DNA of 64,000 nucleotides from Geosiphon pyriformis uo1 (taxonomy: Eukaryota; Fungi; Glomeromycota), in contig JAAOMT010000328.1 of NCBI GenBank assembly GCA_016748015.1, positions 388,955 through 452,954 of the forward strand, given 5' to 3'. A program made the translations under genes and the position numbers. The notes below the pieces were generated by a model, which was given only the letters and a program-made list of their open reading frames with translations, was not told the origin of the DNA and searched no databases. Positions 63,513-64,000 of this stretch are shown piece by piece. Numbering within the stretch: the stretch's first letter is position 1; each line of letters starts with the position of its first letter.

Positions 63513-64000
63513 TGTTACAGGTTGGAGTAACAAGCTAACAGATAGCAAGGGAGAACAGAATTGTAAGATAATAGAAATAATTAAAGAGCTTTCAACTTCA
63601 ATAAGTAAATTGAATAAGTATAGATTCAATGTGCAAGATCAGTCTCATAAAATATCTTAGTTACTGTATTTTTCAAAAATAATCAGGAGATCTGAAGATA
63701 GAGGGATAGTCTGTACTGTCAACAAATAATTACACTTGGTATAATTCTATGCCTCACATTGGTGCTCTTAGAATTCAATATCAAGTATCAGATGTACTTT
63801 TCAGTCATGTTTTATTCAATAGTCTTCAAATGCTGCAATTACACATTTCAGGAAAAGGATAGGTAAATGCCAATAAGTAGTCTTTTATTTTTAAGATGTT
63901 CAGATACTTGAAGGTAAGAAAAAAGAAATTAGCAATAAAAAAAGGATTAAGATGAAGTTGTTATTTTATTTCTTTAATTCTTATATGCATTTCTACAGCT
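63513..64000 (-). repeat. 5' LTR of Gypsy-C (partial)
   Basis: Adjacent to the PBS complement aacctcacagggagcacca. Confidence 0.92.

Larger units (their letters stand above)
39934..64000 (-). mobile_element. Gypsy family 1 copy C; hosts copies D and E and a solo LTR; its 5' LTR runs off the window
   Basis: Its LTRs 39934-40519 and 63513->64000 share diagnostic aggtaaatgccaa..agtagtc. Internal sequence is continuous across each nested TSD. Confidence 0.9.

Overview
The window is eukaryotic, AT-rich and CpG-depleted, and consists entirely of nested retrotransposons; I see no host gene, RNA gene or CRISPR array. Four element types are present. (1) Ty3/Gypsy family 1: five copies (A 1131-8698, B 16113-23964, C 39934->64000, D 41063-49390, E 53429-61063) and three solo LTRs. 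It has TGTTA...TAACA LTRs, 4-bp TSDs, a U UUA AAC -1 frameshift at the gag/pol junction, and an extra non-env ORF3 running into the 3' LTR. (2) An APE-RT-RNase H LINE family: four copies, one full length (29481-36942). (3) A 2.4-kb RT-less, ORF1-only, poly(A)-tailed retroelement (HAL1-like): three complete copies with TSDs plus one 3' end. It shares both termini with the LINE but encodes a deeply diverged ORF1 paralogue. (4) A fragmented second Gypsy family that is the oldest host layer. Nearly all ORFs are disrupted, mainly by C>T/G>A transitions that are not limited to CpG. The proteins resemble those I recall from early-diverging fungi (Glomeromycotina-like), but that assignment is inference only. 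All coordinates and alignments were done by eye and may be off by a few bases.
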